Source: Neolecta irregularis DAH-3 | Taxonomy: Eukaryota | DNA: 64,000 bases | Assembly (NCBI GenBank): GCA_001929475.1 | Contig: LXFE01000257.1 | Coordinates: forward strand, 1 to 64,000 | Direction: 5' to 3' | In this document: positions 12,626-25,400 of the stretch, in pieces | How positions within the stretch are numbered: the first letter of the stretch is position 1 | Layout of the letters: each line of letters begins with the position of its first letter | The notes under the pieces: generated by a model | What the model was told of the DNA's origin: nothing | Seen by the model: only the letters and a program-made list of their open reading frames with translations | Databases searched by the model: none | Program-made: the position numbers and the translations under genes

Positions 12626-14799
12626 CTAAATTCTTTGAATATCAACCCTTGTCCTTTCCCACAGTTTATGTTGGACCTCTTGTTGATTTTCTTCTATTTT
12701 CTGCGGATGAATACTCATCTTGGCCCAAGTACCCGGACCCCGCTTCTTTGTCAACGTACCTGGATTAATCGTAACCACATTTTCCACTACTTTAGCAAAA
12801 TGAAATAGTTCACTTGAAATTATCAAGATATCTGGAACCGCCTCGGAAAATTGTGCTAGTCCGAGAAAAGGCACGTCAACTTGTGAGCACGAAGACCCGG
12901 GAAATAATGGGTAAAAGTTTCGTTGGGCAAGTATATGAGAACACTGCCGTGCCATAATATTCTTATGATTTGGAGCCCTGGGAGAAAAAATAAGTTTTGG
13001 TTATAGTTTTGGATTAAACATGCCTCGTTATTTCTTCTTTTGATAAATGTAATAATATATCATTTGTCGAAACGCCGAGCGCGATCTCGTTCAATGAGAA
13101 TAATGCTGGGTTTGGAAGACACTTAAAGTTCTCCTTTGTCAATTTATTTCATTTGGGAAAACAATACTTTTGGTAATCCCATGTTTTTCCTGTCGAATCC
13201 TTGTTGAGGCCAACATGCATGCTTGTCACATGCATCCCTAGTGCTTGGAATCATGATAACTGTGGTTGAATTCGGTATTTGAGCGAGTTTACTAATCACC
13301 ATGTGTTTGAAGAAATCATCTAGAGTGGTGATGTCGGGGTTATCTATTTGTAAATCCCCGGAGACGACCATCGGGTTGTTTATATCCAGAAAGGGTCCAA
13401 GCTATTAATTCAGTAGGATTAAACATAGACAGAGTTTCACTAGAATTGCAACATCAGGCTTTTCATCGATTATCTTGTTGATTAGATCGGTTAAAGGTTC
13501 AAATTCAAGATCGTCTTCAGTAGTATACGGTCCTGAAGCAATGACGACTGACAAAGGCGTATCCCCAACTTTGTCTCTATAGTTTTTTATTTCTGCGATT
13601 GGAGTAATTGGCATCGGCAACATGGGCGTCTTGAGTAAGTCAAAAATATTTATATAACATACCGAATATATTTCTTTCACAGCAAAGTATCCTCCACCGG
13701 CATCATTACCTCTTAAAGCGACGATTTGTCCTGGAAAGAGAGCATAACTCGGGATATCATCAATCTTTAAGGGAACACGTGCGCCAGCACCTAGTCTTCT
13801 AGAAGTCTCGAGAACTAGCGAAGCAGGATTCAATCGACCTCCTGTAATCGAGTCACTTGCAATTCTCCCAATTGCAATTATATCAGTTTGTGATATTCTT
13901 GACGGATTTCCGAGATCATCCTCCGTAAAACTATGATGTCTTTGAAAGACTTCAGTAAACATCTCAATTCTATCGTCAAGAGCTGGAAATAAGCAAAATC
14001 CAAGGATACATAAGGATTTGTACTTTCTGAAGCGTCCATTAGCTTTTGATGCATTATCTTGAAAGAATATTTTGATAAATCAAGATTAATGGTCATTTTC
14101 ACTCGTGGTTCAGCATGATCCACAGGTTTGGCAATTTCCAGGTTGGGATTCAGGGTGTCGACTACCAGACCGGAATTTGTGCGTTGGGAGTAAGGCGTTA
14201 TTCTATATTATCAGAATATCTTTTGCAAAATAAATTTTGAACGATGTCAATTGGTTCTCTTTAAAGTTGGCAACAGGAGTCAACGGAGTTGTCCCAGTTG
14301 GAGTTTCGTTATTCAAAACCCTGGATTTGGTCTGAATCGGAGTTTCGTTCTGATTATTTTGACTTTTTCGTTTGATTCGTGGTGTGTTTGGACTTGATCC
14401 CTCCAATCTTCAATCAGTCTCATGTATCGCAGTTCCATACATATCATCAATATCCGCAGTCTTCCCAGCCCTCTTCTGGGGACCTTGATTATAATTCTTC
14501 TTGCGTTTATTTTTAATTTCGGTTTCAAGTCGGTTTTGAAGACCTTTCTTGAACATCCTTGCATTACTGAGATCAAGCTGCCGATCGTCTGCCATTTCAA
14601 TGCACCACGATTCCCATTTATAGAACAGTTCTAATGGTGAAATACTATACAGCCGAAGCATAGAAAGACATTCAGCCATGATATCCGGTTGATTCTCGAG
14701 AACTGGACCAAAATGGCTTCGCAATTCTGCTTCTACAGTATCGGATGAATTGACATTGATCGGTCCTTCATCGATTTGCATGGAATCTGCAGAATCCAT
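12626..14799 (-). CDS. POL12: DNA polymerase alpha/primase subunit B, 8 exons
   Basis: ELFYKWESW, LETSRRLGAGARVPL, ALFPGQIVA, ASGPYT, GPFLD, INPG motifs. Last intron 12978-13023 is GC-AG. Confidence 0.92.
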
Positions 14800-15683
14800 C
14801 TTGGATCGAGAAATGAACTGCACGAAGGTCTTGGACTGTGAACAAGGAAAGTTGGTACTGCAGACAAGTTTAGACGTGAGAGAAACGTGACTGGATGAAA
14901 CATGTGCATCGGAAGCGATTCTTCGGCGTTAATGTTGGAATGACAAATGCAACCTTTTTGTCTAATCTTTCTGGCCATCGACTTTTCGGTGAAATCACCG
15001 ATTTACCTTGAACATTCGCGTTGTTCCAAAAAACAATATGGAACCCTGACAGCTATTCGTCTTCTTAGGTCGATGGAAACCACTGTCGTAATTTGATGCT
15101 TCGTCTTGTGAAAACAAACGAGTCTGGAATCCTGACGGCAATTTGTCACTTTCGGTTCCTTTTTCTCCCATGTCCCGGTTTTAGATTGACACCAAAAAGC
15201 TGTCTTGTTCTCTATTTGCGAGAATTCTCAACCTTTACCATCCTTAAACTATAACCATAAACAGCCTCTTAGTATCTGTTGAACACAAATCGAACGGGAT
15301 TTCTTTTCCGGTGGAGATAATACCCATTCATGCCGATTGTGATTTGTTCTAACATCCTTGTTCTGAGCTAATGGAAAAATTGACGATCATGAATTCATGT
15401 GTTTTTCTTTAAGGAATCTCTAAAGGACTTCTCAGCGCCGGTCCTCTTCATGGCCCCGCACTTCACTCCAGCTCGCTTGTTTGATTCGATAATTGGTCCG
15501 AGCCGTGATCTTCTAGTTGGTCTAAGATAGCGCACCGCATTCAGTTTGGAAATCTTCCCCACCCCTATTTTGTCGTAAACTACTCCAGTCTGGGCCGTGC
15601 TGTGAAAAGAAGACGTCACAATCATTCCCTATATCCAAAACTTATATCCATACAATATCCAGCTTGTCCTAACATCCTGAACG

Positions 15684-17102
15684 ATGTCTTTGATAGGTCT
15701 GAATCTCCCAGAGGTAGACTATGCTTTCGATAAGGCATCCACAGAACATAAAGGGATTACCTGGTAATCACAGCCATTTGTCTGCACTACAAACTGACGT
15801 CAATAGGCTTATTCTTTCATACCTGAATAGAGATGCAGTACACCTTGCTGCTGATGGCGTGGGAACTCTAGAGCTGCAGAACAATCTTCTGTGCCATGAG
15901 CTTGCATTTGCCATTGTTCGAATGAAACGAAAAACAATGATAGTCACTTATGAATCTGAGGATTCCACACTTGTTCAGAAAGGTCGATTTCCATTTTGAT
16001 GAATATCTTATCCTACAGTTCGCGCAAATGTCCATCTCCGAGCTATCAAAGAGAAATTTGATGTTCGTAAATTGCTGGCCATCAAGTCATTTGTGTTAAT
16101 TTTGTAAAGCCACAAGCTTCAGCAACATGTCAATGCATCACCGACCTGGACGAAGATTTCTTTCTTCGTCTCCTTGCAACAACTGCACCTGCTTTATCAG
16201 ATATTGCCGAAGAAGAAAATCGTCAATCATATACCTTATCTGAAATGCTTGGAACGGGGTCGAAGAATGTTTCTACACTTAGCGTTACACAAGTCATTGT
16301 TCCTGCCCAATCCTTCCCCACCCCGTTATCACCAGAAAAGGCTCGTTTAATGAAAGCACTCGAAAAGCGACGACAAAATGTCAATAAGGCTTTGGTGGGA
16401 TCACCACCCGAGAGACCCCCGCCAGCAGCACCCCTACCAGAATTGCCGGCACAAAGTTTACCTCGTAGACCTTCAATTCGAGAAGCTTCCGTTTCATATA
16501 CACCGATCCATCCACCGACTGCAGCTTCAAGAAAAGGCTCAATTTGCAGCATTTCCTCTGCAGCATCGATTCGATCCGACACGTCGACTACTGCAACTCG
16601 ACGGAAGATGTCAACCGGTCAATTATTTGCACTGGAAACAGCTGGGAAGCCTTTGTTGTCGGGTTGGATTAACGTACAGTTGTCCACTTCTCCGGTATGC
16701 TCACTCTCTTATGTCAATTGATCTAGCGTAGCTCTGGAGACGCCGATGGGTAAGAATTGATAGTCGCAAGCAGATGATTTTGGATTCTCGGGTATCTACA
16801 GCTCCTTGATATGGGAGCTGATATGATCCAGGATGGCCATACTCGAACATATGATATACCCCGAGATGTCAGAACTCTTCGTGAACTAGCTCTCGACGAA
16901 CAAGAGTTGTCTCACAGTATCCTGTTACTTTGAAATTAACTGATTTTCCAGGTGTTACACTTGAGATGAATGATGGTACGACGCTCTGTTGCGCTTGTGC
17001 GGATGCAAACGAGTTGGAAGAATTGCGACAAGGTAATACTATCTCAGTGGAGTGGATACTGATTTCCAAGTTATTCTTTTCTGTCTTTCAACACCTCATT
17101 GA
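15684..17102 (+). CDS. Conserved fungal protein with N-terminal ADF/cofilin-like domain and C-terminal PH domain, ~8 exons
   Basis: Spliced MSLIGLNLPEV...W|LILSYLNRDAV...TLVQK|VRANVHL, central SPEKARLMKAL motif, and PH-like LLSGWINVQL..|LWRRRWVRI. Family recognised from memory of fungal homologues. Confidence 0.7.
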
Positions 17103-17312
17103 ACCATCGAGAAAATTTCTCTCAGCAATCACTTTTTCTGTGTATCTAGTAATTGAGTGTATTGCTCCTGTATTGGCTTCGTGCAAATTTGATGGGCATT
17201 GGACCCTGTGCGACACGCGACACGGTTATCTTTGGCGGACTTTGTGCACGTGTATCCGACGTAGCTCTTCATAATTCTCCCAGTATTTCAAGCGACCTAC
17301 CCGGATGTTTGA

Positions 17313-17787
17313 ATGAGCAGCGACGAAGCGCGCGTCGATGCCTTGGTGGAAATGTACAAAAAGAGCGGACAATTTGATCAACTTCGACGAGATTTGATGA
17401 GAGAGTTTTACGATACAGTATGTTTAGGCACCGTTATATCCACAAACTGATTGGAAGGAGGGCGTGACGCTTGTGGAAAGGCTAAAGGTACTTGTTGATC
17501 AGGAAGTAGAGAATGATCCATCTCTGTTGACCAGGGAGAAAGGCAAGGCTACGGCGCTGTTAACAGGTGCCATGGAACGGTATCTTCTTTCGTCTAGCTT
17601 TGGTAGGTTGAATTCAAGATCCAAAATTAGCGAGGATGCCCTCAAGCTCATCAAGAGCTCGATACTGGAATCCCCCCAGTTTTGCGAAAGAGTTCAGAAG
17701 AACATAGGAGCAATGTATGAAGAGAAACAGTCCTCTCCGTTAGAATCCGCAAAACACAACAAGGCCCAAGATCAAATGCAGGAATAG
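17313..17787 (+). CDS. COMPASS subunit Shg1/BOD1-domain protein, 3 exons
   Basis: LVEMYKKSGQFDQLRRDL and REKGKATALLTGAMER. Second intron 17580-17618 is in frame. Confidence 0.75.
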
Positions 17788-17936
17788 AGATAAATTACAA
17801 CCATCGTCAGTAATAACAACAGAAGCTTGAGCCTCATCATCCCCTGTTCAATATCGTGCTATGCGGAATCATAGTAAAAAATCCAGACCTTGTTGCGAAA
17901 ACTCCTACTTGACACCAATCCAACCATCATCGTCGA

Positions 17937-19142
17937 TTAAGAACTGTTTGCCAATGCATGCTGGTCCATCAGGGATTCACAAAGGAGCAAAGGCCCCGCA
18001 TCATTGTGAGGAGTCATGCTGAGTGCGATGTCTGGCGCGGCTGTAGTGATTGAGACCGAATTGGAAGAGGAAGAGATTGCAATAGCACTAGAGTCTGCGT
18101 GTCGACTGATTCCGTCTTTATCTTCACCGGTACAATGTCCCCTTCCTGAGCCATTTATCATTTCTTTGCTGAAGCGTTCTGCCATCGGTGTATGATCTGC
18201 CTGTTGAGCGAGGTCTTCCCAGTCTTCACTCAAATCATTCGCTATAGAAGTTTCAAGATCATAACCGGCTCGGCACAATGGACAAAGAAACTCGACATCT
18301 GTGCTGAACACAAGGGGTTTAATGCATTTGAAATGGAAAATATGTGAGCATGGCGACACAAAGAGTGCTTGACAAGGCTTGTATCAGCATAAAGGCGTCA
18401 GGGATGTTTATTACCGCAATATTGAAAAGACATATACAGCATTCCGACACATATGTGGATCCAGAATCGTTATCTGTCTTATTTTTGTGTTTAACAAAAG
18501 ACCGTAGCTTGAGATGCGTTGCAACGCTGACAGTCAGCTTGGAGGATTCAATCAGGACTTATACTTGAACCGGTTTAGACTATGTTGCCATGCTCGATTA
18601 ACCTCGACACGCATCTTGACACATCTATATATCTCTTCCGTTCCTCCTCGAAAATCGATTCCCAATTGAATGATATCGCCATCTTTCATGGGAAAGGGTT
18701 TACTTTCGGCATTGGGGCCTGCCAAGCGGATATGGTTGAGGAAAGTTCCAGAACTGGAGCCGATATCTCTGATGTACCACTACCTCGTAAGCTTCTGCTC
18801 CTTCAGTAGAATGCATACTCTTCCGTCGTCACATTTCATTTCTGCATGGTTTCGACTGACGACCTTGGACTTGAAGGTAATTGCGGTCTTCTGTGCCGCA
18901 GTTTGCCTGTCCGTGAATCTACCGATTTTAATGATCGCCCCCCCTGGGATACGGCGTTCTATAGGTTCAAACTGCAATGCATGCCGTGATGTTGAATCTA
19001 CGTGGGGAACCAAACGAATACAAGGGTAATTCAGTGTGTGTTCATCTTCTGTTTGATGAGCTGCGAGCGACGATATCCCACCGAGTCGCTCGATTGAGTT
19101 CGAATGCGCGAGAACTACCCCTTGACTTGCAACGGTGGTCAT
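17937..19142 (-). CDS. DMA1: FHA + RING-H2 E3 ubiquitin ligase Dma1, 4 exons
   Basis: FHA: IGRFTD, FKSKVVSRNHA, DIGSSSGTFLN. RING: CCICL...PCSHIFHFKCI...CPLCR. Confidence 0.92.
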
Positions 19143-19434
19143 ACCGAGAGCTTGGATAATCAGCAAGCACTATCTCGCCTGTTTGGAACTGAGTGTTACG
19201 CCTCTTACCGCCCCTCACGTGTGTTGTTGCTTGACCAGTCTAGTCTGAATAGACTTGGTTCGATAACTAGCGCTTGTAACCACCACGATTGGCATTAAGC
19301 TGAATCTGTTCTACAGCCAGTGCAGAAGACGAATTCCGTGCCCAACGAGTGCGGATTATCACAGCTGAGCGGAAGCATGCCATGTCTGAGCACCATTTGT
19401 TTGAGGTGATTCTTCAATACGCAGGTTTCTTATA

Positions 19435-22400
19435 ATGGAGGCCATTCAAAAATTGAAATCCGATAAGATCAAAGCCCGCATGGACGGTGTTAAGCTTTTA
19501 CATTCTCTAGTCATTGGACATGACATTCTGCACAAAGGCGATGATACCACCTATCTCAGAATATTGGGTGCATTATTCGACTCTGTCGAGATAGAAAGAC
19601 GCCTTTATGTTCGTGCGCAGAAAGCAGCAATCGAAGATCGTTTGAACGCTCTTGGTCTGACTATACGCGCTACTGTGACAAATGGCTGCCAAAAGTTTCG
19701 AAAGAAGTCAATTCGTCATTTCCTTTCAAACATTATACCGGCCTACGAAGAAGATATTGTTGCGCCACTAAGATCGCATTATATCAAAGCTCTTCGAGTG
19801 TTAATTACATTCGCTCCGCATCTTGAACAAATGGGGAACGAGCAAGTTTTCGTTCTTATAAATTACTGCAGAGATTTCATCAGTAGTCGGATTCGAAGAC
19901 AGAGTGAGATGATGGGTTTTGACGAAGAAGTTCCAATACATAAGGCTGCAAAAGAGCAGTCTCATTTGAAGAAGTTTGATCTAGACAATGTACAAAACAT
20001 CATGGCATGCCTCGATCAAATCATCAAATCCTATGCCAATCGGCTTTCTGTTTTCCCTGACGAATATACCAGACAGATTACTGTCCTCGCGTTTGATTAT
20101 ATTCGCCATTATAAGGCAGATGTGATAGGGATAACACATGCTGTATCAGCTTTGACATGCATCGCAGAATACTTTACCACCAACGATATCTCTAGTGCTG
20201 GCGGCATCTGCGCCGACTTTTTGAGCTTGATGAACTATCTTTGGCCAACGAGATCAATTGTTCTCCGATGCCATCTAGCTGCTTTGTTTCTTGTACTACA
20301 TCCGTTGATATCGATCATTCAGAGAGACGATGAACGAGTGGCCGGATTGTCTGAAATCCTACAATCACTCTTCGATGTTATTTATGATGGCTACATCTCA
20401 AACATCAACGTCGAACGTCTCCAGATGGACCAAGTTGCTTTCGGATCTAGGCCTGTCGAAGCCGAAATATTTCCCGTTATGAAGTTTCCTTCATTTCAAT
20501 TACATTGTGAGGACCCAGAAAAGGCTGAATTGCCCTGGTCCACTGTCTTCATTATGTCACATTTGATGCTGCAGTTGGAGCTCAATTGCGAAACTCTCCA
20601 AGTGCCACCCACGGATGAACGTCCAGCAAAACGACACAAATCATTAACCAATCTGCAAAGCTTAGTTGGCCGCCTTACAGTGGACTCAGAAATCGCCACG
20701 ATTACGGTATTACAAATTTTATCATTTGCCTTCCATATTGATGCAAGATTTTCAGAACGACTAGAATTGGGATCTTTTCTGCATGTACTCTGGCAACTAG
20801 TTGATCATGAAGACATTTCAGTCCAATGTTGGAGTATGTTATGCATCGCCAGTCTTGTCTCATCTTCAAAACCTGAACTACTCACTCCAGAGGTCTCGTC
20901 TCCTTCTACTTGGATGAAACTCTGGAAAGTTGTCCTGCGAAAGTCTTGCCTTCCTGGTACCTGTCGGTTTTCCAGCCATCTCTTGCGAGAACTTCTTCGA
21001 TCGCATGTACTTGATCTTTCGGAGCTTGAGCAATCAATCTTAGGCACTTTGGAGGTAGACCAGATTGGCGCACCTGCCGTACTCTGTGATAACAGTCTTC
21101 GATACTGGGAGATGCTTTTCTGCATTCGCGAATATCTCGGCGGAGAGCTGTCATCCAATCTGCATGAATTCTTCTTGAAATGGTTTGGTAACAAGTGGAT
21201 CCCATCTGAAAGTATTGGTTTTCCGGGTTATCATCACAGATGCTACTATTCGGATTCTAGTACATTCCTTCGAATTCTGAGCTCCTTTGGCTGTTTCGAG
21301 ATCATTCAGTCATCAGTCCCTCCCCTCTCTTTGAAAGGCGTCATTGGAAAAGCTTGTCAGAGGCTGAAGATTCGTTCAAATATCTTTCAGTATCTTATTG
21401 AAGGCCAATGTCCTCACGCGAGTATTAAACGAGAAAATATCAACAGCAAGGATATTCAGATCCCATATTTACGGGTTCAAGGCGTTCCGAAATTGATTCA
21501 GTTGCTCATCAACAAATTAGCCCAGACAATTAAGTTTTGGGAAGAAGCATTGAATTCTAAGAAGACACCAGCTGTCGAACAAATCCAATATTGGGGAGTT
21601 CGAATGTATGAAATCGTTGCATTTACCTGGGCTGCTATTTCTCAGGAAGAACACCAAGAAGGTGCAATGGATCTGCTTTACAAGGCGGATGCTTTCCTCT
21701 CTGTTCTTCGGAATTGTCTCGAAATATCAACCGCTATCAAACCCCATATCAAGACAGAAATATTCGCTTGTATCATGGATTTATCTTTGAAAACTTTCAA
21801 CCATCTTTCGAATATTTCACGAATAAGTATTCGACCTCTGCTGGAAACCCAATTAGAACTTTTCTTTCAGACTATGACATCTCAGAAGTCCGTAAATCCC
21901 AACACAGAATCCCTCATTGATCCAGATTTTCACAGTAGCAGCTCAGCTCTGAGCTCTGATCAAGAGGCGATTCCCTTCGAAGATGAGTTTCGAAAATATG
22001 AAAGTTGTCACTGGTCAATTGAAAAGTGGAATTATTCAGTCATCGAAGACATTCGATATCAATATGACCTCCACCTTTGCAGTCAGCAGTTAAGTCCTTC
22101 TTACATCCAGGAGCGCGTGCGGAGCCTTGGACGAATGCAATCTTTGTGCGCAGCTCAATCATTTCTTCACCATGTGGACCGTCTAAATGCTGCAGACTTT
22201 TCAATGATTATGAAAGCGCTTGCAGAACAATTCCTGGAAGGAAGACATGATCAGTATCTATATGGCCTCTGCGATTGTGTTGTTGTCACTTTTATTGAAT
22301 TTTTGATTGCTTCGGTGCCGACATGGATGTCTTCGCCACCTGAAGAGAAAATCGGCACGATTCTACAGTTCTTCCTAAAATTGATTCTCTCGGGCACCAC

Positions 22401-25400
22401 ATCTACGATTTCACGCATAAAAGCTGTTGATTTACTACTTTGTATCCTTGAAAGATTTCCAGATTTGAGCCTATCGTTTGATGGTTCCCATCGCGAGTCA
22501 ATCCGCTCACTCGTAATTCAGTTCTTTAATGTTCCGGAAATTGGTGTTTTCGCATTCATAGTCGGAAATGCTGCCCGTCTATTTGGGTGCTTTAATGACC
22601 AAGAACACCGCTCCTTATTTGGAGACATCGTTAAAACTTTAGATAGTGATGCACAAAGAGACACTGATGAGAGAATCCAATTCCGTGCGGAACTTTTATT
22701 AAATCTGATCCGCATTTCTGATCAAATCTACCAAACCGCTGTGTATCATTTGTTTGAACTAGCTTCTTTTGCGTCGGCTGAAGATACCGTTCGCCGAGCA
22801 TTCGACACTCTCGCTTCGTCTGTCGGCTTAACTTTCACGGAACTCTTCGAGCGGCATTATGCCTCAAATACATTTCACTGGTGGCTCGGAGCTCACAATA
22901 ATATTGATAACTTTTCATTTAGTATACTAGGTTTTTCTAATTTTCAAGAATTCGTCAACACATGGGGCCACGAAATTTATAGCCAGTTGTTGATCATGAA
23001 CCGAATAGACGAGGCTCACGTTTTCATTCAAAATCATGGCCTGGATGTGAAGGACATGTTCAACAAAGCATTTGTATTCCTCGCGGCGCATGGTTTTTTG
23101 AGCGGTACGCAGTCTGGTCAGCAGCATCCTGCCATTAGTCTTGCAAAGACCACACTGGGTGAATTGGCGTTTCGTCACAATCTTACGCAATCGATGCCAG
23201 ATATCATCTATACTATGACTCGGTGCACAAAAATGGACAAAAATGCCGTGGAGATACTGGGCAAACGAAAATATACCGAGCAAAGTTCCAAATTGGCCAC
23301 AATAATCGCCTTGGGAAGTAGTGAAAACATTATCCCTCAACTCCCTAGACCACCCTATTCGCTTGATGTTACTTTAAGTGCTCTTGAAGAGCTACTTTTA
23401 GTAAGCCATGTCAAAGGTTCTGACATTTGGTCTCCATCTTCATTGGTATACATGTGTCGACGATTGCTGAGAGATGCATTTCACCAGGCCCATCCCTCAC
23501 TGGCCTGTATCGTGTTGAAACAGATACGATTGTTGGTTATCCTGGCAGGCACTGCTGGTTTCGCGGGCTATTCCTATACTATGCTTCTTCGGGGTCTTTG
23601 TGAATTTATTGGGAATCCAGCTGGGTCAGCAGACTCCATGGGATTGTTGCGATATTTGCTATCAGATCACTGCCCGGGGTTCCATACTGAAGTAGACGCT
23701 GCTGCCGCGGCAATCTTTACCATTTATCAACATTTCAAGACTTCGACATGCAAGGGATTGCCGGACAAATCTCTCCCAAAGTCATGGTTTGTTGAATTAC
23801 TCGATAGTTGCGGAAAACGACCAGGTTTGGAAAAGTACGCATCAGTTTTGGACATCTTGTTTAAAAGAATGTTCACTGCCGATAAAAATCTGGATTCGGA
23901 TGCATGGAATAACATAGTTGCTTTCATGAATTTTTATCCTGCAAGTGCCATCACAGATCGAATGAAACTAGAGCTTCTACACGTTCTTTCTGCAGATTTT
24001 ATCACTCCTACTCAAACACTTGATAAACTTCTTAGCTGTGTCACACGGACCAGCATGCTGGACAAACTTCTTAGAACACCAACAAATGCAGATAAGGCTC
24101 ATTCATTCTTTTCCTCACTATCTGTGAGATATATAGGCATCAAGTGTCTCAATAGTCTCTGTCGAAATGCACCAGCCGAAGATATCCTGCAGGATCGGGG
24201 ATTAGAATCATCCGGCCAACATAACAAATTCACGAAGATTTTGGAACTCATTCTCGCTCGTCTTGATTCTCAGAAGAATTCTATAGTAGCAACGACGGAG
24301 AAAGTCTTACGAGTTTGGTACCGCGACAACGCCGTAAAGAAGAACAATAAACGCATTCACAGCCGCGCCATCAATATCATGGAAATGCCTTTTCTCGGAA
24401 AGGCAGACGAACCGAGCAACGAGGCGAGGGTGTATGTATCTAAGTTTACAAACATCCTCAATCTTACCCGTCCACCAGCAGAGACGCGGAAATGGACCAG
24501 ATCGATTGTTTCATACTTTATCTTCTCACTTTTTAACGAAGAACCGGCGATTACGTTAATTGACCTTCTTTTAGTTGACTGCTCTTTTGCCACAACTCTT
24601 ATGCCTCATTTGATCGAGTTCTACCTGTTGCAAGCCTCTACAGAGGACCGAGCTTCCATTGTTAAGTGGTTCGATTCCGTCTTTAGTTGGGAGAATCGAT
24701 TGGAACATCAATCGATACTTTTAGGTTGTCTGGTTCATCTTCGACTACACACACATTCAACTAGTGATAAGGATTGTTGGCTGCCAATTGATTGGGTCAA
24801 TGCTTCTAAAGCGGCCCTCCGTTGCAATTCATTCAATCTTGCAGTAGTGTTGCTCGAAAACGAACGTGCTCAGAAGGGTATCCTGTCAGATGAAGCTATC
24901 CAGACTTTACATGACACATTCGCTGTAATAAATGAGCCCGACTTGTTCTATGCTCGACGGACTCAAATAAATTTAGATACATTAAGAGAAAAATTTGTCA
25001 ACGAATCACGGAACTGGAATCGACTGCAAATTGAAGCATCACAAATCGAGGCTTCTTACAGAGTATCTCCTGAAAAGACATTCCCCTCTCAAGGTCTCCA
25101 GATAACCATGTCTGCTCTCGGTTACAGCGCAATATCAAGCGAACTGGATTCAATCTCCCATCAGTTTCCCCTTGATATCATGAAACAGAAGGATCTCATT
25201 TATGCAAACGCTTTCAAGCTTGAACGATGGGATATACCAATACCTAGAAAAATCGATTCTATCAACATGATGCTTTATAAGGTGTTTCATACGCTTGCAA
25301 ATAGTGACATTCCTGTTGTATTGACTGTAATCGACAACTCGATACGTTTTATGACGACCAAATTCAACAATGGCACCGCCTATATTAGGAACAAAGATTG

